A DNA stretch of 61,499 nt, the filler included. It is 6 parts of 6 records of this genome, joined end to end, with 100 filler letters (N's around TTAATTAATTAA, not from the genome) between each part and the next. Parts side by side here need not be neighbours in the genome. Positions count along the whole stretch, not along the records: positions 11,899 to 22,821 come from DRR723986_15122; positions 22,922 to 35,571 come from DRR723986_15130; 4 more parts are not named here. The stretch is one strand, 5' to 3'. Position numbers and translations under genes: made by a program. How positions within the stretch are numbered: the stretch's first letter is position 1; each line of letters opens with the position of its first letter. Below, piece by piece: positions 21,153 through 30,800 of the stretch. The notes below the pieces were generated by a model, which was given only the letters and a program-made list of their open reading frames with translations, made no database searches and was not told where the DNA came from.

Positions 21153-21647
21153 TTAGTTCGTAAACTCAGCATCGATGCTTCCATTCTGCACGGAGACCGT
21201 CTGGCCATCCACATTGCTGACAGTGTACGAGAAGGTGGCTTTGATGCCGTCATCCGTAATATTGGTGATATCGATATTGCCTGAAGCGTTGTTACCGGCG
21301 GAAATTGTGCCGTCGTCGGCACTTGCAGTTACAAGTTGACCATCAAAGGTGTAAGAACGCGCACCGGAGACACCTGCAATTGCAATCGTCATTTGTGCAC
21401 CGTTGCCGTCCGTTCCAGTTAAGCTGATAGTACGCACACCGGCACCGGAAGCGCTGACTGCCAGGATATTGGTAGCGCTAAATGCCTGGCCGTTCATTGT
21501 GGCTGTCATCGTGTTGGCATAGGTTGTAGTCCCGCCGCCATTGTTATTGTTATTATTGTTGTTTGAATCGCCATCATCATCGTCATCACAGGCGATTACA
21601 ACACAAGACATAAGCGCGAGTAGAATAACACTCCAGCGTTTTAACAT
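21153..21647 (-). CDS. Putative surface lipoprotein with Asp/Asn-rich linker
   Basis: MLKRWSVILLALMSCVVIAC-DDDDDGDSNNNNNNNNGGG: lipobox followed by an acidic export-like signal; beta-rich domain. Confidence 0.75.
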   Translation of the reverse strand: MLKRWSVILLALMSCVVIACDDDDDGDSNNNNNNNNGGGTTTYANTMTATMNGQAFSATNILAVSASGAGVRTISLTGTDGNGAQMTIAIAGVSGARSYTFDGQLVTASADDGTISAGNNASGNIDITNITDDGIKATFSYTVSNVDGQTVSVQNGSIDAEFTN

Positions 21648-21858
21648 TTTAGACTCCAATAAATTGAAATTGAGAGAAATATGGGGAGACACAGGGCCAG
21701 TACCGGCTGTCATACTGAACAGCACTTAACATTTGTGACCGCAGTGTCAACATTATCATAAGACGGCATCTTAACATTCAGCTGTGAACACAACTCAGCC
21801 TGTCCGGCCATGCGCGCAGCAGGCGGATTATTACACAGAGCTTCAGTTCCCGGAAGAA

Positions 21859-22488
21859 TCAGATCAGACGGTTGCGCAATGCGACTTTAACAGCTTCACC
21901 GCGCGAGTTAACGTGCAATTTTTTGTAAATATTTTTAATGTGTGCACGGACGGTGTTACCGCTGACAAAGAGTTTGTCGGCAATTGTTTTATAATTATCG
22001 CCGTTGCACAAGTGGCGCAGTATTTCGGCCTCACGGCGTGTAAGCGGTGATGGCGAACTGGCATGAAAGGTTTGAACGATTTTGCGGGCAATACCGGCGG
22101 ACATGGGAGAACCGCCGCGACAGACTTCTTCAATGGAATGCAGCAGGCGTGCCGTCGGCGTGTTTTTCATCAGATAACCGGTAGCTCCGGCACAGATAGA
22201 ATTAAACACGGAGTCGTCGTCGTCCTGAATAGTCAGCATGACAATGTCCAACTCAGGCACTTTTTGTTTAAGTACGCGCACACCATCAATTCCAGACATG
22301 CCGGGCAATCCGATATCCATCAGAACAACATCTATCGAGTGCTGTGGCAGGTCTATGACTGCATCTTCGGCGTTAGCGTAGTGCAGCGGGCAGCGAAAAC
22401 CAGGGCTGCCGTCGATGATCATCCGCAGTGTATCGCGGATTTCATCATCGTCTTCAACCAGGGCCACATGGATATCTCTTGCGCTCAT
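21859..22488 (-). CDS. NarL/LuxR-family response regulator
   Basis: LVEDD, DVVLMDIGLPGMSG, GATGYLMK, LTRREAEIL...TVRAHIKNIYKKLHV. Confidence 0.95.
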   Translation of the reverse strand: MSARDIHVALVEDDDEIRDTLRMIIDGSPGFRCPLHYANAEDAVIDLPQHSIDVVLMDIGLPGMSGIDGVRVLKQKVPELDIVMLTIQDDDDSVFNSICAGATGYLMKNTPTARLLHSIEEVCRGGSPMSAGIARKIVQTFHASSPSPLTRREAEILRHLCNGDNYKTIADKLFVSGNTVRAHIKNIYKKLHVNSRGEAVKVALRNRLI

Positions 22489-22529
22489 CGTTTACCTCAC
22501 TACAAACATACGGTGTGCCGGGCAGGCAA

Positions 22530-22821
22530 TCAATTACCCATTTGGGGTAATTTGAGACTAATTGCCACGGCCGTTCCGGCGTCGGCGGCACTCTTGATCA
22601 CAAACTGCGCACCGATTTTGGCAGCCCGCGAGCGCATGTTGCCCAAACCATAACCGCCACCTATACTGCTGCCTGCGCCGGTCTGTTCAGTGTCAAAGCC
22701 CACGCCATCATCCACAAAAGCAAGCGTCAGAATCGAGGCCTGCAGGCGCACGCTGAGGAGGGCGCGGCTGCAGCGGGCATATTTGAGCGTATTGTGCATC
22801 GCCTCTTTGAAGATCAGCAGC
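22530..22821 (-). CDS. NarX/DesK-type sensor histidine kinase, C-terminal HATPase fragment (5' truncated)
   Basis: KEAMHNTLKYA (N box), DDGVGF (G1/F), GYGLGNMRSRA, GTAV. Confidence 0.88.
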
Positions 22822-22921
22822 NNNNNNNNNNNNNNNNNNNNNNNNNNNNNNNNNNNNNNNNNNNNTTAATTAATTAANNNNNNNNNNNNNNNNNNNNNNN
22901 NNNNNNNNNNNNNNNNNNNNN
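22822..22921. other. Artificial contig linker
   Basis: N-run, TTAATTAATTAA, N-run. Confidence 0.99.
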
Positions 22922-23206
22922 GTGGAAATGGATGTCCGCCACGATCGGCACAGGGCTTGCCTTGCAGATCTCCGGCATGGCGGCGGTCGCCTCTTCCGTC
23001 GGGCAAGAGACGCGCACGATGTCGGCGCCGGCCTCTGCCGCACGCTGGATCTGCGCGATGGTCGCGGCGGCGTCCTCAGTCGGCGTGTTGGTCATGGTCT
23101 GGACGGCGATGGGGGCATCCCCGCCGACCAACACATCGCCGACACGGATCTGCCGGGACTTGCGCCGCGTGATGTCTCGCCATGGTCGGATCGGATTGTG
23201 GCTCAT
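22922..23206 (-). CDS. ispG: HMBPP synthase (3' truncated)
   Basis: [44 protein letters not shown]. Confidence 0.95.
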
Positions 23207-23289
23207 GTCATGTGCCTCTGGTGCCTTAAGGCCCCTAGATGGCGCGTTCGCGCCCATCCGGCAATGCGTTTACGGAAACTTCAACTGCC

Positions 23290-24207
23290 TCAGCGGGTCG
23301 CCTTGCTGCCGCCATTGGCCGCCATGGCCGGGGCGGAGACTTCCGCGGCACGGGCCAGCTGCTCGTCCACGCTGACGGAGAACATTTCCGCGCCGTCCGG
23401 GCCAAGCGGGCTGACCACGATATCGCCGACCCGCCATTCGAACGCACCGCCGTCGCGAGCGGATACGGTCCAGCCGGCATTCAGGCGCGGGAAATAGGTC
23501 TCGCCTGCCGCCATGACGCGGCTGCGGAAGATCGTGCCGTCGGCGCCGCGCACTTCCAGCCAGCCCTGACGCACAGCGACCAGTTCCAGCGGCAGCGTAT
23601 CCGGCACCGGGCGCTGCGATTCAGATTCCGCAAACAGGCTGTCGCGGGCGCCGTTCACCGCCACGATGGCCGCCGATTCAGTGACTTCCGGCGCAGGCCT
23701 CATGAATTGCGACACGCCGATTGCGCCGGCTGCGAGCGCCACAAGGGCGGCCGCGGAAGCCAGGGCCAGTGGCCAGCGGGCCTTTTCAGCAGCGATCTGG
23801 CCCATTTTCGGGACAGGTGCCGCCTCTTTGACTTCCTGAACGGCGCCGCATTCCTTGGTGTAGATCGCGATGACGTCCTTCTCGGGCAGGCCGAGGAATT
23901 TCGCATAGGTGCCAAGAATGGCTGTCAGGTAGCCGCCGCCCGGAAGTTCGCCGACTTCCATGCGCTCGATCCACATCAGATAGTCCCGGCGCAGCAGGGT
24001 CGCGGTGGAAACATCCTGCAATTCCAGGCCTTTGACCTCACGCACCCGGCGCAGGACCTGGCCCATGCGCAGCTCTTCGCCCTCATAGGAGCGGGACTCA
24101 AAAATCTCTTTGGCGCGCAGGAAGCGTTCGGTGTCGGTCAACGGTTTGCCTTCGGTCCCTGCCGCGGGCCCGGCGTGATCGTGAAGGGTGTCGTCGTCGT
24201 GTGCCAT
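23290..24207 (-). CDS. RodZ-like protein (HTH, TM, DUF4115-like domain)
   Basis: GQVLRRVRE...YAKFLGL HTH, single TM helix, WLEVRGADG; directly upstream of ispG. Confidence 0.8.
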   Translation of the reverse strand: MAHDDDTLHDHAGPAAGTEGKPLTDTERFLRAKEIFESRSYEGEELRMGQVLRRVREVKGLELQDVSTATLLRRDYLMWIERMEVGELPGGGYLTAILGTYAKFLGLPEKDVIAIYTKECGAVQEVKEAAPVPKMGQIAAEKARWPLALASAAALVALAAGAIGVSQFMRPAPEVTESAAIVAVNGARDSLFAESESQRPVPDTLPLELVAVRQGWLEVRGADGTIFRSRVMAAGETYFPRLNAGWTVSARDGGAFEWRVGDIVVSPLGPDGAEMFSVSVDEQLARAAEVSAPAMAANGGSKATR

Positions 24208-24298
24208 GTTCGTCCAGTACAGCCGTGATGGTTCTGATTTGTCCCACCATCGCGCAAGAAATGGTCCATGAGTGAGGTTAACTCACAGAGCCAATCTA

Positions 24299-26563
24299 TC
24301 AACCTTCCGCCAGTTCCACGCCATGTTCAGCCGCAAGAGCTAACAACTGGTTACGGAACGCATCGTTCGGTTTATCGAGCGCATCCATGAAATCGGCCCG
24401 AAACGCAGGAAGATCAAGGCTTCTGATCATCCGCTTGACTGGACCGATCGATCCAGCAGACATTGAAAGATTGGTAAACCCGAGCGCAACGAAACAGAGC
24501 GCCGAGAGGCTGGAACCGGTCGCCTCCCCACAGGCGGACATCCCGATTCCGTGGGTTCTGCACTCTTCGGAAACCATATTCAGGAAACGCAAAGCGCTCG
24601 GTGAAACAAGGTCGTACCGATCCGAGACAGACGGGGTCATGCGGTCGGCCGCATAGAAGAACTGCATCAGATCATTGGTGCCGACCGACAGGAACTCCGC
24701 CTCGCCGGCCAGTTCCTTCAGGCTGAAGGCCAGCGCAGGAGTTTCCAGCATGACGCCGACCTCGATGCGCGACGGGCGTTTGCCGGTCGCTTCGCAGGTC
24801 CACTCGACCTCCTTCATCAGCAGCTCTTTCGCTGCGAAGAATTCGCGCGGCACGGTCACCATCGGGAACATCACCGTCAGCGGGTTCTCGTCCGCAGCCC
24901 GGATCAGCGCGCGCAACTGGCGGCGGAACAGGCCCCGATGGTCCAGCGCAAACCGGATGGACCGCCAGCCGAGCGCGGGGTTCTCCTCCCGCTGCAGGTT
25001 CAGCGCCGGCAGCACCTTGTCGCCGCCGAGGTCGAGCGTGCGGAAAATCACCTTTTTGCCCAGCGACTTGTCCAGCACGCGGCGGTAGAGCTGAACCTGA
25101 TCGTCCAGCCTCGGCAGCGTTTCGGAGACCAGGAACTGGAATTCGGTCCGGAACAGGCCCACACCGTCGGCGCCTGTCTGGTCCAGCGTATCGAGATCCA
25201 GCTCCAGGCCTGCATTCAGCATCAGGCGAACGTCTGTGCCGTCTTTCGTCCGGGCGGGCTTGTTACGAAGGGCAGCATAAGCGGCCTGGCGCTCGGACCT
25301 GAGGGCCACCCGGTCCTTGTAGGCATCGTAGAGCGCATCATCGGGGCGGACGTGCAGCACGCCCTGCTCTGCATCGACAATCAGCCAATCGCCCTGATCG
25401 ATCCGGGTCGTCAGGCCCTCGATGCCGCCCAGCGTCGGAATGCCGAGCGCGCGGGCCACGATAGCGGCGTGGGACGAGGCCGCCGCCTCTTCCATCAGTA
25501 TGCCGCGCAGGCCGGCATTCGCATATTCCAGCAGTTCCGCCGGACCGAGGCGCCGGGCAACCAGAACGCTGCGTTCCTCGCTGATCTCCGGACGGCCTTC
25601 GTCCCCGCCAAGGATGCGCAGCAGGCGGTTGTCGAGGTCTTCGAGGTCATGCAGCCGCTCGCGCAGGTATGGGTCACGTGCGCTTTGCAGGCGGGCCCGG
25701 TGTTCACGGCGGGCCCGGTCGATGGACGCTTCGGCGGAGAGGCCCGAACGGACCCCTTCCTGAAGCTTCTCGGCCCAGGACGGGTCATGCGCCAACAGGC
25801 GATAGGTCTCCATCACGTCGCGCGGATCGTCGCCCAACACGGCGCCATCGATGGCCATCATCCGGTCGATCGACTTCCTGAGGCCGCTCAGCGCGCGGGT
25901 CAGCCGGTCCGCCTCAAGCGCCTGGTCGCTGGCGAAGAATTTCGCCGCCGGCACGACCGGGTCATGCAGCACCGCGCGGCCATACCCAAGGCCTTCGCAG
26001 AAAACGCGCCCGCGCAGGGAGACGGGATTACGGGTCCGCTCATGCCCGTTCCCATTGTCGAGGTGTTCGGGATCGATCCGGTCGACGATCTCTGCCAGCA
26101 CCATGGCGATGGTCTGCAGCGTGTCGATCTCTTCATCACCATAGACCCGCTCGGTCCGGTTCTGGGCGGTCAGAACGCCGATCACCCGGCCGCCCCGCAG
26201 GATGGGCACACCCAGGAAGGCGTGGAACGGGTCCTCCCCCGTTTCCGGGCGGTAGGAGAAGGAGGGATGACGCGGCGCATCCTGAATCGCCATCGGCTCG
26301 GCCCGGCGGGATACGAGGCCGACAAGACCTTCATTGGCCGACAGGCGGGTGTTGCCGACCGCTTCCGGCTTCAGGCCTTCGGTCGCGATGAGGATAAGCT
26401 GGCCGCCGCGATCGCGCAGGTAGATCGAGCATACATCCGCCACCATGGTAGAGGCGATCAGCCGGACCACATTGTCGAGCCGTGAACGTGCTTCTCCATC
26501 CTCAGCCATCATCTGGCGGAGGCGGTTCATCAGCAGACGCGTGGCAGGTAGATTGTAGGCCAT
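24299..26563 (-). CDS. ptsP: PEP-protein phosphotransferase EI-Ntr (GAF plus enzyme I)
   Basis: GAF domain (VCSIYL, FLGVPI), SHAAIVARALGIP, GVGLFRTEF, EENPALGWRSIR, SVGTNDL. Confidence 0.96.
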   Translation of the reverse strand: MAYNLPATRLLMNRLRQMMAEDGEARSRLDNVVRLIASTMVADVCSIYLRDRGGQLILIATEGLKPEAVGNTRLSANEGLVGLVSRRAEPMAIQDAPRHPSFSYRPETGEDPFHAFLGVPILRGGRVIGVLTAQNRTERVYGDEEIDTLQTIAMVLAEIVDRIDPEHLDNGNGHERTRNPVSLRGRVFCEGLGYGRAVLHDPVVPAAKFFASDQALEADRLTRALSGLRKSIDRMMAIDGAVLGDDPRDVMETYRLLAHDPSWAEKLQEGVRSGLSAEASIDRARREHRARLQSARDPYLRERLHDLEDLDNRLLRILGGDEGRPEISEERSVLVARRLGPAELLEYANAGLRGILMEEAAASSHAAIVARALGIPTLGGIEGLTTRIDQGDWLIVDAEQGVLHVRPDDALYDAYKDRVALRSERQAAYAALRNKPARTKDGTDVRLMLNAGLELDLDTLDQTGADGVGLFRTEFQFLVSETLPRLDDQVQLYRRVLDKSLGKKVIFRTLDLGGDKVLPALNLQREENPALGWRSIRFALDHRGLFRRQLRALIRAADENPLTVMFPMVTVPREFFAAKELLMKEVEWTCEATGKRPSRIEVGVMLETPALAFSLKELAGEAEFLSVGTNDLMQFFYAADRMTPSVSDRYDLVSPSALRFLNMVSEECRTHGIGMSACGEATGSSLSALCFVALGFTNLSMSAGSIGPVKRMIRSLDLPAFRADFMDALDKPNDAFRNQLLALAAEHGVELAEG

Positions 26564-26588
26564 CTAGTCCTGCTTGTCGCAGGCGGTC

Positions 26589-27836
26589 TTACTCGGCGTC
26601 AAGGCCGAAGGCCGTGTGCAGGGCCCGCACGGCGAGTTCCGTATAGGGCGCTGCGATGAGGACCGAAATCTTGATTTCGGACGTCGCGATGACATCGATG
26701 TTGATGTTCTTCTCCGAAAGCGCGCGGAACATCGTCTCGGCGACACCCGTATGGCTTTTCATGCCGACGCCGATGATCGAGACCTTGGAGACATCGCGCG
26801 TGACTTCCATCGACTCGAAGCCGAGCTCGTCTTTCAGCTTTTCCAGCGTCTCTTTCGCGAACGGGCTGTCCCGGTCGGTGCAGGTGAATACCATGTTGGC
26901 CCGGTCCGGACCACGGGCATTGGCCTGAACGATCATGTCGACATTGACCCCGGCCTTGGCGAGTGCGGCAAACAGTTTTGCCGAAACGCCAGGTTTGTCC
27001 GGCATTCCGAAAAGGGTGATCTTCGCCTCATCACGCGAATAGGCGACGCCGCTGACAACCTGCTTTTCCACGATTTCTTCCTCTGCGCAGACTAGGGTTC
27101 CGGGATTGGGCTCTCCGGGCTTCAGGAAACTGGAGAGCACGCGCACCGGCACGTTATGGTTCATGGCCATCTCAACCGAGCGGGTCTGGAGGACCTTTGC
27201 GCCCAGCGAAGCCATTTCGAGCATTTCCTCGAACGAGATTTTTTCGATCCGCCGCGCCTTTGGAACGATGCGCGGGTCGGTCGTGTAGACGCCGTCGACA
27301 TCGGTGTAGATGTCGCAGACCTGGGCGTTCAGCGCGGCGGCGACCGCCACGGCGCTGGTATCGGACCCGCCCCGGCCGAGCGTGGCGACACGCTCATCTT
27401 CGGTCACACCCTGGAAACCGGCAATGACCGCAATCTCGCCGGCATCCATCGAATCGGGCAGGCGGGAATCGTCAAAGCCCATGATGCGGGCCTTGCCGTG
27501 GCTCTTGTTGGTTTTCAGCTTCAGCTGCCAGCCGAGCCAGGACCGTGCCTTCAGGCCGCGCTTGCGCAGCGCCAGTGCCAGAAGGCCCGCAGTCACCTGC
27601 TCGCCCGAAGCCACGACGACGTCATACTCGTCGTCGAACTGATCGCGGGTCAGCTCGGTGCCCGCAGCCCCTTCGGCCAGCGCAACCAGCTTGTTGGTCT
27701 CCCCTGCCATGGCCGAAACGACCACAGCCATATGCTCACCCTGCTTTGCGCGGGCGGCCACAATGTCGGCGACGTTCGCAATGCGATCGAGGTCTCCGAC
27801 TGAGGTTCCGCCAAACTTGAGTACCGTGCGCGCCAT
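26589..27836 (-). CDS. lysC: Aspartate kinase
   Basis: KFGGTSV, TLGRGGSDTSA, TDVDGVYTTDPR, two ACT domains, TSEIKIS. Confidence 0.96.
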   Translation of the reverse strand: MARTVLKFGGTSVGDLDRIANVADIVAARAKQGEHMAVVVSAMAGETNKLVALAEGAAGTELTRDQFDDEYDVVVASGEQVTAGLLALALRKRGLKARSWLGWQLKLKTNKSHGKARIMGFDDSRLPDSMDAGEIAVIAGFQGVTEDERVATLGRGGSDTSAVAVAAALNAQVCDIYTDVDGVYTTDPRIVPKARRIEKISFEEMLEMASLGAKVLQTRSVEMAMNHNVPVRVLSSFLKPGEPNPGTLVCAEEEIVEKQVVSGVAYSRDEAKITLFGMPDKPGVSAKLFAALAKAGVNVDMIVQANARGPDRANMVFTCTDRDSPFAKETLEKLKDELGFESMEVTRDVSKVSIIGVGMKSHTGVAETMFRALSEKNINIDVIATSEIKISVLIAAPYTELAVRALHTAFGLDAE

Positions 27837-27925
27837 TTCGCCCTATATCCTGTAGAAACGGGTATGCCCCTATAAGCGCCCTCATAGGGGCTGTTCGAAG
27901 CCGGATCAAACAGGTTTGATAGAGC

Positions 27926-28708
27926 ATGGTGAAAACAATTGAAGGCTCCCTAGGGGCACCCAGGACGCCGAGCATCGACCCGGCCGAGGTGGAAAAATTT
28001 TCCTCAATCGCTGCAGAATGGTGGGATCCAAAGGGCAAATTTCGCCCTTTGCACCGGTTTAACCCCGTCCGCTTGCGCTTCATCCGCGAGACCGCCGAAC
28101 GCCATTTCGGGATCGCGCCGGGCAAGGTCAAACCCTTGGAAGGATTGAAATTACTGGACATTGGTTGCGGCGGCGGCCTCGTTTGCGAGCCCATGGCGCG
28201 ACTCGGCGCGGCCGTGACCGGCGTCGACGCTTCCGAAGCCAACATAAAGACCGCGCTGACCCATGCGCAGGAGGAAGGCCTCTCCATCGACTACCGGGCC
28301 GGCACCGCCGAGGGCCTGATCGATGCAGGTGAGCCGCCTTTCGACATCGTTCTGAACCTTGAAGTGGTCGAACATGTCGCAGACCCGGTCCAGTTCCTGA
28401 AGGACACCGCCAGCCTCGTGACGCCCGGCGGGCTGATGATCGTGGCGACGCTGAACAAGACCGCCAAGGCACTGGCGACGGCCGTGGTCGGCGCAGAATA
28501 CATTCTCGGCTGGCTGCCGCGCGGCACGCATGACTGGTCGAAATTCCTGCCGCCGGAAACCGTGCACGGCGCCCTCGCTGCAGCGGGTCTGGAACCGGAG
28601 CCGCCGACCGGCGTTTCCTACACGCCGCTGACCGGGGCATGGAAGATCAGTACCGACACCTCGGTCAATTACATGATTGTTGCCCCGAGACCCGAACAGC
28701 AGGCCTGA
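27926..28708 (+). CDS. ubiG: Ubiquinone biosynthesis O-methyltransferase
   Basis: [44 protein letters not shown]. Confidence 0.95.
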   Translation: MVKTIEGSLGAPRTPSIDPAEVEKFSSIAAEWWDPKGKFRPLHRFNPVRLRFIRETAERHFGIAPGKVKPLEGLKLLDIGCGGGLVCEPMARLGAAVTGVDASEANIKTALTHAQEEGLSIDYRAGTAEGLIDAGEPPFDIVLNLEVVEHVADPVQFLKDTASLVTPGGLMIVATLNKTAKALATAVVGAEYILGWLPRGTHDWSKFLPPETVHGALAAAGLEPEPPTGVSYTPLTGAWKISTDTSVNYMIVAPRPEQQA

Positions 28709-28713
28709 ACAGA

Positions 28714-29325
28714 ATGAGCGAACTTCCCACCCCGCAGGACGTCATCGATTACTGGATCGGCGATGCATCTGCCTCACCGGACGCGGCGGGAGAAAAGCAC
28801 AAGCTCTGGTTCGGCAAGTCGAAAGAGACAGACGCGGAGATCCGCGAACGCTTCGGTGAGCTGCTGGAGACTCTGTCGGACCTGCCTTCCGCCGAAGACT
28901 GGGCCGCCCGCGGCCCGCGCGAGCGCCTTGCCGTCATCATCGTACTCGACCAGTTCAGCCGGAATCTCTACCGCGATGAGGCCAAAGCCTTCGAACAGGA
29001 CAGCCTCGCCCGTCTCCTCTGCAAGGACGGCCTCGCCCTGAAACAGGACAAGGGCATGTCGGAAGTGGAACGGATCTTCTTCTACCTGCCGCTCGAACAT
29101 TCCGAAGCGCCTGAGGACCAGCAGCGTTCGGTGACGGTCTTCACGGACCTTCTGGTCGAATCCCGCGAAGGCTTCCGCAGCCTGATCGAAAGTACGCTGC
29201 AATACGCCAAGGACCACAAGAAGGTGATCGATGAATTCGGCCGCTTCCCGCACCGTAACAAGGCGCTCGGCCGGGAATCGACGGATGCGGAAAAGGAATG
29301 GCTGGCCGAAGGCGGCGGCTTCTAG
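28714..29325 (+). CDS. DUF924 family protein
   Basis: WFGKS, IIVLDQFSRNLYR, FFYLPLEHSE, FGRFPHRNKALGRESTDAE; ATG at 28714. Confidence 0.9.
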   Translation: MSELPTPQDVIDYWIGDASASPDAAGEKHKLWFGKSKETDAEIRERFGELLETLSDLPSAEDWAARGPRERLAVIIVLDQFSRNLYRDEAKAFEQDSLARLLCKDGLALKQDKGMSEVERIFFYLPLEHSEAPEDQQRSVTVFTDLLVESREGFRSLIESTLQYAKDHKKVIDEFGRFPHRNKALGRESTDAEKEWLAEGGGF

Positions 29326-30689
29326 TCCATGATCTCCGGCCCGCGCGGGTCGAGCGATTTGCTGACTTCCTGTTGCATGGCGCGCGTAAACGGGTAGCGC
29401 GATGCGGCAAACGCCGCGAGCAGGTAGAGCGAACCCGGCAACAGGCAGAACACCAGCAACAGGCCATGGATCGCTTCCGGAGAGTTATCCTTGTTCGGAT
29501 GGAACCCGGCCCACTGACCGAGAATCAGGTAGCCGACGCCGAGGGCCAGGCTGCTGCCGACCTTGTAGGCACTGGTGATGAGGGAATAATAGATGCCGGA
29601 CCGGTTCTCCCCGGTCTGCGAAACCTGCCATTCCACAACATCCGCCGTCATTGACCGCGCCAGCACCATGGGAGCGCTGAACGCCGCGCCATTGAAGAAG
29701 GCACCGATGAAAAGCGGCCAGAACCCGCCGACCTGCCCGGCGATATAGTAGATAAAGAAACTGGAACAGGACAAAAGCGCCGCAACCTTGAACGCAAAGC
29801 TTTTCTCGGTGCGCGCGGCCAGTTTCAGCCAGAATGGCAGGGCAGAGACCGCCATGATGAAGAAAAACATCAGGACCAGGCTGCTCATGCCGTCCGAAAG
29901 GCCGAACACGAATTCCGCAATGAACAGATAATTCGCCGAGGTCACGGCGATCGCCGTCCCGGACAACAGTTCCAGAAGCAGGATGTGCCCGAGGTATTTG
30001 TTGCGCAGCGCGGCAATGAAGGGACGCAACCGGAACTTCTCGGCGTTCCCCTTGTCGCCGCGCACGGGCTCGTCGCGCACGAAGGCACACGACAGGAAAG
30101 CCGAGATCGGCAGCGCGATCAGCAGCACCCAGCCCATGACAGCCACCTGCCCCATCCGCCCGACACCAAAGCCTGCAAGCTCCAGCACCACCGGGATCGC
30201 CAGCAGGAAAAGCATCGACAGGACGCTGACAATTTCGGCCCACTGGAAGAAGCGCGATCGGTCATCATAGTCGACCGCGATCGCCGGCACCCAGGCCGAG
30301 CGCGCCGTCTGCAACAGGGTAAAGCCGATATAGAAGAGCACCATCCAGCCGACGAAATAGCCCGGCCCCGCCCCCACGCTGGGCATGTAGACGAAATAAG
30401 TGGCCAGTCCCAGGATCGGCACCGACAGCACGATCCAGTGGCGCACACGGCCCCACGGGCTGCGGTAGCGGTCGACCAGGTAGCCCATCACCGGATCAGT
30501 GAAGATGTCCCAGAACCTGAGCAGCATGAACAGGAGGCCAGTCAGCTCCAGGCCCAGCCCGACTTCCCGCGCATAGAGCGGCGCAAGGTAGACACCGACC
30601 GGCAAGCCGACTCCGGCGAGCGGGATACTCAGAGACGAAAAAGCAAGTACCCTTGGCAGGGACAGGCGCTTGGCCGGAGCGTCAGTCAT
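29322..30689 (-). CDS. MFS transporter (GPH/MelB-like)
   Basis: RFWDIFTDPVMGYLVDRYRSPWGR; about 12 TM helices; ADVVE...GIYYS. Confidence 0.88.
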   Translation of the reverse strand: MTDAPAKRLSLPRVLAFSSLSIPLAGVGLPVGVYLAPLYAREVGLGLELTGLLFMLLRFWDIFTDPVMGYLVDRYRSPWGRVRHWIVLSVPILGLATYFVYMPSVGAGPGYFVGWMVLFYIGFTLLQTARSAWVPAIAVDYDDRSRFFQWAEIVSVLSMLFLLAIPVVLELAGFGVGRMGQVAVMGWVLLIALPISAFLSCAFVRDEPVRGDKGNAEKFRLRPFIAALRNKYLGHILLLELLSGTAIAVTSANYLFIAEFVFGLSDGMSSLVLMFFFIMAVSALPFWLKLAARTEKSFAFKVAALLSCSSFFIYYIAGQVGGFWPLFIGAFFNGAAFSAPMVLARSMTADVVEWQVSQTGENRSGIYYSLITSAYKVGSSLALGVGYLILGQWAGFHPNKDNSPEAIHGLLLVFCLLPGSLYLLAAFAASRYPFTRAMQQEVSKSLDPRGPEIMD

Positions 30690-30800
30690 GCGCCCATGAT
30701 TGCCGCGAAAATCGTGACGGCCAAGTCATTTTTTTGCCACCCGACGCCTTGACGAACCCCGGGGGACCCGCGACCGTCCGCCCCGAACGGACTGGAGGGT

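Noticed and set aside
21541-21590. Trinucleotide repeats
   Set aside because: They encode the poly-Asn/Asp lipoprotein linker using mixed codons.
24299-28708. ptsP-lysC-ubiG linkage as novel
   Set aside because: This is a known conserved alphaproteobacterial arrangement.
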